64,000 nt of DNA from Oculina patagonica (lineage: Eukaryota), in NCBI RefSeq assembly GCF_052425735.1, contig NC_135761.1, positions 13,392,001 through 13,456,000 on the forward strand, in the 5' to 3' direction. Shown here one piece after another: positions 1 through 12,600 of the stretch (the first letter of the stretch is position 1; each line of letters begins with the position of its first letter). A program made the position numbers and the translations under genes. A model generated the notes under the pieces. That model saw only the letters and a list, made by a program, of their open reading frames with translations. It was not told where the DNA came from and did no database searches.

Positions 1-1299
1 GAAGATAATAAATAAAAACAATAAATAAATATTATTGGTCAGAGTTGTATTTTTAGTGTACTGTCTCTTCCGAAAGAGACGATTCGTTCGAGCGACTCGC
101 TGACATTCCCCTCTACGCCGCGGTGTAGATATAAACATAATTTTAGCTATCGCTCAGTGAAACCTGAAAAGGTTTATTGATTTTTATTCTTTGGGACAAG
201 TGTTTGAGTCTTCATGGTGCAAAGAAGGGCGCTAGAAACGCAAAAGGGCCGGTTAAGAACTCGCAGGCATTGCAATGACGCTTGTCGCAACTTTTAATTT
301 TTTGTGCAATTTCTCGAAACTGAACCGGAAATGCGTTTGGGTTCGCAGGCTACGAAAGGTGAAGATGAAACTCACCTGGTCGATTACCACCTCCTGTGTG
401 TTGCTAGAATTTTTACCTATCTACCGACAAAATGTCGGACATTAACGACGAAATCTTATTGGATTCCATGCCCAATTTCGTCCAAGTTTTGCAGGGCGTT
501 CTTTAATCGGTCGGTCAGCTATTCACGGCCCACGTAAACAGACAGATGTACATCTTTGGTTTTGCATTGAATGATTTAAAAATGAAAGTATGCCTTATAC
601 ATAAACCGAATACGAAAAATTTATTTGCAACTGAAAATGTTTTTTTGCAAAGAAACAACTTTCTCCGGTGTAAGAAACCTTCGATGTTTGTCCAACAGCT
701 CGAGACAGCGATGTCGCGAGGGAGCCGCGCGGTGTGCACTCGTGTTTTATTCTGTCGCGTAATCTGATTGGCCAAAGGGAAACAAAAGATGCGACGTCAC
801 AGAAATCATTCTCTGGCTCGGTTTCGCAGACGCTATTTTTCGGCGGAGACAAGCGACAGCCGGAAATGCGTCTGGGTTCGCAGGCTAAGTTCTGTCCAGA
901 CTTCGATAAATGATACCCACAATAATTATGATGGTAAGCTTATAAAGAGATATGAAAGAGATGTCCGTGTTGTAGCTGGAAAGAATGGCGGGAGTTGTTC
1001 TGTTGCTATGACCTCTACAAATGCTGAGAAATCTCAGGCTGTGAAAAAAGCAAAAAGCAACAGGAAACGAGACAGAGAACCATCTCGAATTTCTGTTCGT
1101 AGAGTTACTAAATTGCTTAGAAGAAAGAAATACAGAAGTAGACTTAAAAAACTACTGAAACATAATTTCCCAAGCTCCTCACTTATTAGAAATGTTTGTA
1201 GCAATTACGGCAAGAAATGGTTTATTTTGTGTAACTCTGAACATTGTTTTTTTCATAAACAAGCAGAAAGAGAAAAAAGTTACAAGTATTGCACTGGTT

Positions 1300-1841
1300 A
1301 ACAGAAAGAGTTTCATTAATAAGTTTAATGCCTTATGATTTTGGTGGGAGTGGAGACAGTTTTTTTAGGAGTCAGTTTCACACCAACTGTATGGAACTGC
1401 AGAGTTGCATTTTCAAATTCGTGCTGCTGGTATTAGGCACTTTAATAATCATCCAGAATTTTATGTTGAGAGCGTTTCTGACAATAGTTGGCAAGACTAC
1501 ATTCAGCAAATGTCAACACCAGGAACTTGGTGTGCCGGACAATGTAATTATCCAGGCAGTGGCCAATGCTCATAATTGTGTTATTTATATCACCGAGTCT
1601 GATGTCAATAAACCACATGGTACAATAATAACTCCTGTTGACTGTGAAGGAGAAGCAAACACAATTTTCATTGGATATATTAATGAGCTACACTATGTTT
1701 CAACAGTGCCACTTACAGATAGTCCAAATAAAAAACAGATTAACGTATCTTAAGAGAAAGTTAAAAGAGTCTGATGACCAAAAAGAGAAGAGACTTGCCA
1801 AGAGACTGAAGAGAAGAAACACTAGAGATGCAGAAACTGAT
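1300..1841 (+). pseudogene. OTU-like cysteine protease remnant, probably Helitron-derived
   Basis: Across frameshifts: GGSGDSFFRSVSHQLYG...YIQQMSTPGTW..DNVIIQAVANAHNCVIYI...IGYINELHYVS. The catalytic GDC reads GDS. Confidence 0.75.
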
Positions 1842-2658
1842 GGGCGTGTTTAAAACACGAAATGGCAAAATGGCGAAATGACGAAATGGCGAAATGACGA
1901 AATGATAAGATAAATACACGTAAATAATATAGTTTGGTTTCCCTTTGAACTTCAAGGCAGTTCTGTTTTCAAGGGAACATTTCAATGTTCTGGCCCAGGA
2001 ATATAATGAATACTTGTCACTTATCACAACGCCAAATTGAACGTATTACTGAAATGCCTCAGCAAACAAGGATATCTCTTTTTTCATTTAGTACTTGCCA
2101 AGTTACCTATCAGTATCTGCACTGCACTACAAAGCTTGCCTTGTATTTAAGAACTGATATAGACATCGAACGTCACTTCGTTTCTGTGCAAAGTACGTTT
2201 GCCACTTGTATTGTGTATAAACTTCATCGCGAAGTAGGTTCGGTTTTGATAATCCATTTCATGTGAATGTTGGAGCTCAAAGCCTAATTTCATAGCCGCT
2301 GCTCGGTGGTAAATACGAAATAAACAAATCATTTTCTTCCGATGTTGAAACGAAACGCCGACATTTCGATCAAGAATGTCCTAGGCGTATCAAACCGCGC
2401 CCTGTTAACAAAGAGACACTGGAATCCAAATTACCCATAGGTTCGTGACGGCTCTCCGTGACCATAGTTAGTATGCCGTGACGGAGAATTTGTGATTGCA
2501 GTTTGTTTTATTTTTCGGGACTTATCCAAGAATAAATTCAGCAACATATGAAGATTCCAGTAGAACGGTAATATTGTATAACTTTGGCTCTTATCTTCAG
2601 TATCATTTCACCATTTCGCCATTTCGTCATTGCGCCATTTCGTGTTTTAAACACGCCC
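1842..2658. mobile_element. TIR element (MITE)
   Basis: GGGCGTGTTTAAAACACGAAATGGC...GCCATTTCGTGTTTTAAACACGCCC with subterminal CGAAATG repeats. No TSD seen. Confidence 0.75.
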
Positions 2659-3319
2659 GCAAATTTGTACTTGCAAAATTTTCCACACATGCTGTTTTCA
2701 CACCAGACACCTGCGGTCAACAAAATCATGGGTGTTTTTACTTTATATTCCTCAATTACACAATGTTTTTGTTCCAAAAAACCTTGATTAAGAACTATAA
2801 TATTTTTTCATTCATATTTTTAAAATAATATTTTTTGATCTCATAAGTTATGTACTTTATTGTACCATACATTTGTAAGTATTTTTAGTTGAAAGCAAAT
2901 TCTGCAATATTAATTCATACTTCAATATATTGCTGTTTCAAGTTAAAAGTGCTTTCTATGGAATTCACATGTTGCTGTTTCAAATATAAAATAATGTTGT
3001 CTGTAACCTTAAAGGAACAGTGCCACAGCTGAGTTTAAGTTTGAACTTTGAACTGTGTCGTTACTTTCATACTTGTGTGTTACACATAACACACATTCAA
3101 AGACAAGCAATTGTCATTCATTCTTGGAATTAATAAAGTTATTGTTTACAGTTTATTCGCAATCAATGTTATTAAATTATTCTTACAAACATTTCACCTT
3201 CCTCTTTTGTCCCATCACCAACAAATTGTACAAGAAAAATGGGAAATCTCAGTCAACACCAAAAACTACCCCTCCTTTCAAGCCTTGCTCGAACGCATTC
3301 CCCTAATCGCTGATTACTA

Positions 3320-3460
3320 CTAGTATATATATATTTGTGAGCTTGGTGTGTGGCGGAAATGACGTCACACGGCCGCGCGCCGGTGGCCTAGATGGTGTGA
3401 GGCGTCGAACTTGAAATCAGATCTTCGGGACTGAGGGCGGGGGTTCGAATCCGGCTAGGG

Positions 3461-3496
<36 letters not shown>

Positions 3497-3906
3497 TTTT
3501 TTTTGTGGGTTCGAATCCTGAGCCTTTCATTTGTATCGTTTTTCTTTTCGTATTAAAATAACACTAATTTCCACATAATACTCCCTAAACGCCTATTCAG
3601 GCTATAAACCTTTCATCGCCATCAGGGGCGCGCGGGCGGAGGGTTCGAATCCTCCTGCCGTTCGTTATTCTTTTTTTTAATGCCCTCAAATAAATGTCCA
3701 AAATGCGACTATCCAATAATTTGTCGATGATTTTGAAAATAGCCTGCGCTTCCCAACGCTTTATACCTCTTTACGAACCAGAAAGAGCCGCCATCTTCAA
3801 AGCGGAGTAGACCCTGGGAACGAGGGTGTCGCGGCCATGCCCGTTACAATTCAATTAATGTTCAACTTCAGAGCTTCGCGAGGCCCTGCGAGTCACGTAT
3901 TACTAG
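3320..3906 (+). mobile_element. Non-autonomous Helitron-like element containing tRNA-like segments
   Basis: Starts at a TA-rich run; ends with a short hairpin (3876-3891) and CTAG followed by T. Internal A box and three GGTTCGAATCC B boxes. Confidence 0.5.
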
Positions 3907-4561
3907 TTTTAAAGGAATACATACAAAAAAGACACCATCATGTGTGTGTTTTAAGTTAACTCAGTTGACTGAATAATATGAACATTAATAAAAAATCTTT
4001 AAAATTCTTTTAACACCTATATAACACGTGTTTGTGTTTATGTATAACACAACGTTAGCTGTTTGTTCACTTGTCCTTTATATGTATTATATAACACAAC
4101 CTTGGCCAGCTGGTTAGCTCTTTGTTCAATTGCCCTCAAAGCGTCTATCGCTTGTTGTACTGCAACAACTTCCTTCTTTTGGCTGCAGGTTGATAGTTTG
4201 TGACAAGGGCGTGGCTGACGCCATCTTGTTTTGATATTGAGCAAGGACTGGGTACAACCTTGAGAATCAACCGATGACCAACTAGGCCTTTTACCTACTC
4301 ACAACTGTCGCACACAGTATTTAGAGTTTCCTAAAGGTCTTTAGAAGTGTTTGAACACCAAAAACAAGCAAATGTTAGCTTTTGACGGCAAAAAAACGAT
4401 AAATTATGCTAGTAATTCTTTTTTTGGGGAAAAGTGTAAAAAAAATGCTTGTTAAGCCAAATTATGCCAAAAAAATGCTAGCGTAATCGGGAAATACCTA
4501 GCCTGGACCCCTCAGAACGTGGAGCCCTCAGAATGTTTTTTTTACAGAGCCCCTGCTTCTG

Positions 4562-4633
4562 CAACCTCGTTCCCAGGGCTTTTCCCTTGGTGATTTGGAA
4601 CGGGCGGGAGGAAAAGCCCTGGAAACAAGGTTG
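4562..4633. mobile_element. Palindromic mini-MITE with 9-bp TSD
   Basis: CAACCTCGTTCCCAGGG...CCCTGGAAACAAGGTTG flanked by CTGCTTCTG on both sides. Confidence 0.8.
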
Positions 4634-4648
4634 CTGCTTCTGGGGATC

Positions 4649-4960
4649 CAATCTCGTCCCCATAGCCCTTTCGTTTCTCTTAGCCGGCTGAGCCTTGGCA
4701 CGAGAAAACGAAGGGCTCTGGGGACAGAGAATTTCCAGTCCTAGATTCTAGGACTTCTGGTCTTCATGTATGCAGTCATGACGTTTCAAGAGAATGTATG
4801 AGAGAGTCGTTTTGTTTTTGACTTCCGTTTAGGAATTCTTTGTTCCATACAGCCAATCAAAAAAGTTCGAATTAATTCAAAAATCCTATGTCCCCAGAGC
4901 CCTCCGTTTTCTCGTGCCAAGCCGGCTAAGAGAAACGAAAGGGCTATGGGGACGAGAATG
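4649..4960. mobile_element. Palindromic MITE with 9-bp TSD
   Basis: Long TIRs CAATCTCGTCCCCATAGCCC...; CTGGGGATC on both sides. Confidence 0.85.
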
Positions 4961-5075
4961 CTGGGGATCGAGAGCCCTGCACTGGAGTCCCGATTTTTGG
5001 GGCCTAGAGGCTAGGAGCCCTAAACCCTGTCGAAGAAGCCGTAATCAACGTAATAAGCCTTTCTGTGTGTCCTCT

Positions 5076-5525
5076 CCCCGGGGGGAGGAGGTAACCCATA
5101 AACTTCGGATAGGGGTGTGCCGTGAAAGTTCTTAAACCCTGACCCTATTTAAGGATAAAGAAAGCAAAAATTGATACCCTTTTTAAGGCCCAAAACCGAA
5201 AAATGACACCCTATTTAAGGGAAGGAGAAGCGTTCCGTGACCACTCAAACAACGGCTAACTGCACACGGCCAACACAAATCTTTATAAAAACCGCTTTAC
5301 TAATACCTGAACGGATAGTTCAGTTTGAAGATACCTTTTTTTCGATTAGCTGGGCGTTTATTAAAGCTGATAGAATTTAGGTACCCTATATAAGGATCAC
5401 GGCGGGAACAAAATACCAAAAGGTGCAAAAATGATACCCTATTTAAGGACTGAGCCCCACAAAAACCATACCCTATCCTGCGGTACATACCTATATAGTC
5501 CATGTATGGGAGTACCCCCCGGGGT
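5076..5525. mobile_element. CCCGGGGG-terminated MITE; related copies at ~30104-30426 and ~5869-6145
   Basis: G/C-run termini and internal ATACCCTATTTAAG repeats. Confidence 0.6.
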
Positions 5526-5842
5526 GTCCTCTTTACCCAATTATCGAGTGTTCCCGTTTCTACCAATGAAACAAAGTGATGATCCAGTTATTTTTTTCTA
5601 TTTCACGGGTAAGCTTTCAAGAGACCATGTAATACACGATTAAAAGTTATACTGACCCCTACAGAGGAACAATAGTTTCATTTGCTCAAGGCTGAGCTGA
5701 CAGTGTCACTCCCTTACAGTGCGAAGCAGTGCGAGACCTGTTGTTTCCTTGCTGCGCGCTAATCTTACTTTCATGCTTCTTCCACCTGGTTGCTACTAGA
5801 CTCCTTTATATTGCTCCCTAATGCTTTTCCTCGTTAACGTTT

Positions 5843-6910
5843 TACCTCACTATAATTCATCTACGTATCGGGGGAGGGGGAAGGGAATCCCATATGAAAG
5901 CGACGGGTATGCTTGTCGTCTTGCTTTGGGGTGTAAATGTGCGGATTTTGGTCTCACCAAGATGCTCCGGGGAAAGCGTCAATATTTTTAGCCGTCGCGG
6001 TCTCGTTTAAGGTTGCAGGAATATAAATTCTATAGATATTATTCAATTTGGTATCTTTTAGGGGTCAAAAAGCTTGGGCCATTCCCAGATTGGTCTCCTT
6101 TAGAATTTGCCGACGATCATTCCCGTCTGTTTCATATGCGAGTACATGTACACTTTTTCAGTTTTTTCCTCTCCCCGCTCACTGAAAGATCAATGAGACA
6201 CCTTATGTGGAATACATGAAGCCGTTGCCGAGGGGTAGAGCCTGTCGCTGGAAACGGGAAACGAGCTGGCATTTTAGCTAACAAGTTTTGTAGGTGAGTT
6301 TTTGCGTCTTTTACCCTTACTTTTATCAAAACTATCTTTCCACTGAAGTGACTTATCATTTTTTTTTACGGATCGACTGATTAATCAGTGGATTTATTTA
6401 ATACTGGGCCGGGCACCGTTATGAACAGCACAGACGTTTTTGGGGCCATGGAAGTAAACCGGAAGTGGTTTGTTCTCTTGTTTGGCGCTTGCAAACACAA
6501 AACAAGATCTTTCCTACCTATTGATGGGAGTGATGGCAGCTTCTGGTTGTTGCCCATTGCTCAAAAACGTCTGAGTTCAAAATCCTGGCTAGACCAATCA
6601 GTGAGGAAGAATCTTGTGAATGATCTTACGTGCGATGTGATCGATTTTCATCGATTTCCTTCGGGTTTTTTTTTTCATCTGGATCGATTCTCATAATTTT
6701 CATCGACTCAAGAACTCGCAGAAAGGGATCAATACTTATTTATTTAAAGGTTAGAGAAACAAGCCCAGCTTGCAGGTGGCCTAAAGTATGCTATGCTGGA
6801 TGACAATTGGGCATTTCCACCAGTCACTTATCGCTATATATAGCTAACTAGCCTCCTTCTTCTTGCCACAAACACCTCACCTTCTTCTACACTAAAGTCA
6901 CAGGCATGCA
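5843..6910 (+). repeat. Segmental duplicate of the EDC4 upstream/first-exon region (27113-27127 plus 28359-29330)
   Basis: Collinear high similarity over ~1 kb, e.g. ggatcgactgattaatcagtggatttattta, cctaaagtatgctatgctggatgaca and aagtcacaggcatg. Confidence 0.92.
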
Positions 6911-7073
6911 TGGCAACCGTTGACTAAACCAAAATCAATATTGGTTCTTTTTTCTTAGTGGCTGTCCAAGGGTTGAATAAGTTTTACCAAAACCTCCCAA
7001 GGGATGCTATATCTGCAAGTTTTCACTAGAACTTGTAAATATCAATACACCTGGCATATAAGTTTAATGTCAT

Positions 7074-7359
7074 TAGAGCAATTTTCACTTGAGAGTCGAA
7101 AGTAACTTGCGTTTACATTTGGTTTTGCATAACTGCGCTTAGTGATTGGCTTAAAAATCTCGCGCCACTTTCTCAGCCAATCAGAACTAAAACCAAAACC
7201 AATCGTGACTCGCTCCCACACGTTTTCCCGCGCTTCGTGCCAGCTTCATGTATTTGCTTCGAGTTTTAATTGGTTCACTGGATTGTCTGTGTCCTTTGTG
7301 ATTTGCCAGAGTAATTACTTTGGTTTTGGTTTTACGACACTTAATTGAAAACTGCTCTA
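7074..7359. mobile_element. Palindromic MITE
   Basis: TAGAGCAATTTTCA...TGAAAACTGCTCTA imperfect TIRs. Confidence 0.7.
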
Positions 7360-8056
7360 TTAAAATATCTGGCTAATACTTTGTTTCCTTTTACAATGTA
7401 TGTTGTGACTAATCATTGACAATCAATCGAGCAATAGATGGCAATTATTGAGGTCTTGCCAGGGCTGGTGCCACTATTTCATCCATCATCCTAGGCCTTT
7501 TTTGTCACTTATCAGAAATTGGCGTGAAGGGCTATTGTTTTTGGCAAATTCATTGTATGTGCAGTGTCAACTTTTAAGGCCATGTCACATGTTCGAATTT
7601 ACCTTGTGGCAGTGCATTGACCATCAATTGATGCCTTACTGCAGATAATATTTGTGAGACAATTTTTAATCCTCTGTAGTCACCTGCACATTAGCAGGTC
7701 AAATTCCTCACCTCCAGGTGTTCAATTGCCCTAAAGTGATCAAGGAAAAACATTAACTAAAGTTGGGAGTTAAATTGATTTTAATTGCCAAATTATAACA
7801 AATATCAACATACGTAGTTGATTAAATTAGTAGAACAAATTAAACTTTTGTGGATGGCCAATTTTAGCTTTTACCTAAGAATTAATCTTAGTGTTAAGTT
7901 GAAAAGACTGTGATTCATAATTTTTTTCATTAATTAAGAAGCAAGTATTTGCACCCTTCCATGACCTGATCATGAGTTTATGATTATCAAGCATTTCTCA
8001 TTACTGCAAGTCTTCATAAATTTATTTAATTAAATTAATATTATAATTATACTTAA

Positions 8057-8496
8057 GGACATTACCCTGAAATAGAACTGAACATAGATTTTTAACCAAA
8101 CTTCACCTACTGGTTTATTACTTCAAGGGAACTTAAATTTTGAAATAAAAAAGGGGCTCACCACATTTGTTTAATAGCAGGAAGACCTTGTATATTCCAT
8201 ATAATTCCTTTATAATTCCTCTGCAAGTACTGGCAAAGGACACATTTTTAGCGACAATTTATTTTTCAAACATAGGAATTGATCTGCTTTCATTTTACAG
8301 AAAGAATTTCATCGCTACACCCAAAATATGAGAAAAATTGATAGGTCACCATACTCATTTTTGAGAAATTAAAAATTTACTGCTCTCGTGGACTAAGCCG
8401 CATAGAAAATAGCCGCCATTTTGTTTATGTGTGCACGCTTATTACGCATAAAATTCTGCACAGTAAGGATGTGCAATGCAACACAGGGCAATGACC
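8057..8496. mobile_element. TTAA-flanked GG...CC element (Kolobok-like). Related copies at ~48100-48525, 60792-61416 and 62218-62821
   Basis: TTAA|GG ... CC|TTAA ends and shared internal motifs (GGTCACC, GCCATTTTGTT, TGCGCAATGCAA). Confidence 0.6.
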
Positions 8497-9220
8497 TTAA
8501 TTCATCTTTAGTTTAGTTTACCTACATATTCAAGAGAATTTGATGACATTTTTTCTTCCTTTCAAATTAATTATCCAATGTACGTGTTTGAAAACAAGAC
8601 TACATGTGGTGGATTGTGTGACAATGCATAACCCTGACTGAACATCAATTTCTAGGCCCCAGGTCACTCTACTCTGAAAGGAAACTTAGCATCTTTTATG
8701 TTGGTTTCGTGAAATGGCTATTTTATTTTGCATGTAACTTTACAGGAAATGACCATTTTTTTTTTCGTGAAACGTAGACAAACCCCCCCCCCCCCCCGGC
8801 CCTCCCGCCCCCACCTTAATCTCAATCCAGTTTACTATGATATCATGAAATTACCGGTAGTTAACAGTGATTAAGTTGAAAGGGTTGAATATCTTATCTA
8901 TGGACCTCCTTAGTGTTATATTAGTAAATGTTTTTTTTTTATGTTTCTGGGTATTATTATTAACTAATACTTAACATTTAGTCAGAGCTCTTTTTAAACC
9001 AGCTTTACTCAATAAGGCGTCCTGTAACTAGCCTCCTACACAGACATTCTTTTAGGCTCATCATGTGAGCCAAAAGAGCCTATGCGTAGGAGGCTATACT
9101 GTCACTGGATTTAAATAAAGTAAACAAATATAAAGAATGCATCTTACTTTTACTGAGCTGCTCAAACCATTGCCCCCTTTACGTCACACAGGTTATCATT
9201 CAGCTATTGAGAGTAATCAA

Positions 9221-9364
9221 ATGGCAGTTGACATTTCTCATGGTTTAGAAGTGGGTTCCATTGTGGAGGTTCCTGTGCCAGAAGGTCTTCCCAGATATGG
9301 CGTCATTCGCTGGCTTGGAAACATTCCACAGATTAAGGATAAGCTGTTTGCAGGCATGGAATTG
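9221..9364 (+). CDS. Kinase gene exon: CAP-Gly repeat 1, N-half
   Basis: [48 protein letters not shown], then donor gtaaga. Candidate acceptors precede 9192 and 9204. Confidence 0.85.
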
Positions 9365-9592
9365 GTAAGAATAATAATAAATAATAATAATAATAATAAT
9401 TAACAATAGTAATAATAAAAATAATTATAATAATGTGCAGTTTTAGAAAAAAAAATTTACCCACCCCACGGAAGGTCATTGAAATTCCGAGGATGTTGGG
9501 GGTCTCAAAGGCCAAAACTTTTCAGAGGGGTGGGTGGAATCAAACCAGTAAACCTTCTGTGGGAGGGGTATGGATATTTTCTGGAACAACAC

Positions 9593-9632
<40 letters not shown>

Positions 9633-12600
9633 TCATCGTCATCATAACTGAATGTGCATCTAAAAAAAATATGGTCACATGATCATGTCATATAGTAAGG
9701 AGGGCAGAGGACAGAACTTAGGAATAAAATGGGCGAAAACTCTACGGGAGGCTGGGATTCCTAAGTTGGTGGGAACCAGGAGAAATTGAAATATATTTTT
9801 TTTAACATTACGTAATATTTTGCAATAGAAATAACAAAAAGAGAAAGGTGCAGGAACCACATGTAAAAGCAGGCCTGTTGCCAGGATTTTTGATGGGTTA
9901 GAGCAGAGTGTGACAGGCGTGAGCTTATATATATGGGTGTCCAGGGTTATCCTGGCCAAGGATATTTTACAAATTAAGGTTTTCTGAGACAGCAGTTTGT
10001 GCATTTTGAAGGCAGGTTAAAATGAAACCAGGCAGCGAAAGCAAAAAAAAGACATGAAAAACATGAAAATTTGCGGTTAAGTACAGTAGTGTCTATTTTT
10101 ACGGAAAACACTTACCAATTTTCATTACCGTTTTTGAGTACTTTAACCATCCGCTTTCCAACTGCAACAATAACCCATCTGCTCACTCACACACCCACCC
10201 ACTTTCAGTTTCCAGACTAAACAATGTTACTTACTTTATAGGAAGTGGAACAGGCTTATTGCTCAGATGGGATATTTAATGGAGACAGATACTTCACTTG
10301 CCCTCCAGGAAGAGGTTTCTTTACTTTTCTGGAACACTGCCGACCAGATTCCCGCCTTGTGTCCGACGCACAAGCGAGAGATGCAAGTTGTGCACAAGGT
10401 AAATTGTTACGCAAAATGGTGGTAGTCATCTACACTCGTAGGGGAGAAAAATGTTTTGCAGGAGTCATTCAAAAAACCTGTAGAATCGTGTTTGTGTCTT
10501 GAACTGTTTTAAACAAATAAGTCGTGAGCTGTTTTATCAACTTTTTTATTTTCCTAGCTACAACCCTGCGCACATGCGCATGGCTCCGTAAAAAAGTGTT
10601 TCACGTTCTAGTGCAGACCCAAAGAAACGAAGTGATGGCTGACAATTTCAATTTGCTCTTCTTTGTCAAGTATGAGTAATTTAGTGTCCGGTAGCGATGC
10701 TTTTAATTATGTAAACCATCCTTGTTATACTATCATCAAGGAATAGAATATCGGGGACAAGAACGGTGTGTTTATTTAAACTTTATTTTATTTCAGTTTA
10801 AACGCCAGAGCGGCTTTCTGTTTGTATCGAAAAGAGGCAGAGTCGGGACTGAATGTATCATCTGTTGCCTTTGCTGAAAAAGGAAACAGATTTGATCGTT
10901 TGCTGCGAGCTGAACACATCAGCAAGAAAGCCTCAACAAGAAAGATACGACCAGCACTGCAAAAGCTTCAAACAGCTTTATAAAAGAGGTTTTGACAATC
11001 TGGTCAGAAGCAAATTTTGAAAACAACATAAGCTCTGAGAAACAATTTCTTGATCAATGCCTATGGTATAACTCGCTAATTAGAATTGATAACCGTCCTA
11101 TTTTCTACAAAGAATGGTTTAACAAGGGCATCAAAAAAGTGAAACATTTGAAAGATGACTTAAACAACTTCCTGTCTTTAGATGAACTAAGAACTAAATA
11201 CAATATCAATGCGTGTCCTTTACGATATTACGGCCTGGTATCTGCAATCAAGTCTACCTGGAACACGCACAAATGTAATTTTGTAAACAATAGTCCCGAA
11301 CACGAAAACTTCTCTAATAAGTTAATGACAACACAAAGTGCAACCCGACTTACATATTCCAAACTCGTTGCCGAAAAATCACTTGCTCCAACCCAAAGCC
11401 AGCAAAAATGGATGACTGATTGTAAAATCACGAATTCTGAAGACATTAAATGGCAAGAGACGTACCAGCTAGCTTCGAAATGCACAAAAAGCACCAGACT
11501 GAAAGAGTTTCAATTTATATTTTTGCACCAAAGAATATCAACAAATGATTTCTTATTTAAAATAGGAATTAAAGATGACTCTAAGTGCTCCTTCTGCCGT
11601 GAGGCACCAGAAAAACTACTTCACATTTTCTGGAAATGCCATAAAACGGAATCCTTCTGGACCGATATGACAACTCAGCTGACGCAGTGCAAAATCATTC
11701 CAAACAATAATTCATTGAAGTGTACTGTTGCTATGGGTTTAACATCAGATTCTTCTCAATATCAAATCAATTTCTGTTGCCTTCTTGCAAGACATTATAT
11801 TTGGCTTTGCCATACCAAAGAAACTATCCTACACATAGACGGTTTCCGACGATATCTTAAACTTGCATATGAAACAGAACAGATATCAAAAACCAGTACT
11901 CCGAAGATATGGGAACTTTTGAACAATTTCATTTAAGAAGGTTAAATATCCAACGAAAACCCTTGCATCCTCTGGCATTCCATTTTCTAGCCCCACTTGC
12001 CTTGAAAATGTCACCAACAGGCCTGTATTTTTTTGCCACCATATAGATTTCTACCTTTTTTCCTGTTAAATCGCCTCTGTGCTTATTATTTTATTTATTT
12101 ATTTATTTATTTTTTTTGCTAAGCAGTGCAGAGTTTTGTAAAGCGTGTTTCTTTTCATTTCATGTATACAATTACCCTTGTGAATTTTTATTCTTTGTTT
12201 GTATTGTATTGTTGTGAGCATTAATTAAAAAAGGTCCAAGTATTAAAACACTCTTTCTATTCTACTAGTAATAGCTCTCACTAAGCTGCCCCCGCCTCTA
12301 TATAATTTCTTTTACAGCAATAATCCAAAATTAGTGGAGTCTTTTTGTCGCCTTTACTTATTTATGCCGAAGGACTACACATTTACGTTTCTCTTTTACT
12401 GTGCCATGTACGTCACGACATTGTTTGCTGCGGAATTTCTTGTTGTGTCACACCGTTGCGTCCTAAAAATATTCACAAGTTCAAATCAAATATATTACCT
12501 AGCGGAAATAACACATAACATAACACATAATTCGTGGTGACAACACGCAAGCTTATTTCCGTGCTTATAACATTCAAGATGAACTTACAATAATTTCCAG

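Noticed and set aside
768-1301. 177-aa basic ORF
   Set aside because: It starts in a repeat and runs into the decayed Helitron-like/OTU region; no independent gene evidence.
3195-4225. Possible minus-strand exons (AAGATGGCG start at ~4224; ECVRARLERRG...FLVQFVGDG at ~3200-3303)
   Set aside because: Stops and a frameshift, no recognisable family; at best a decayed pseudogene.
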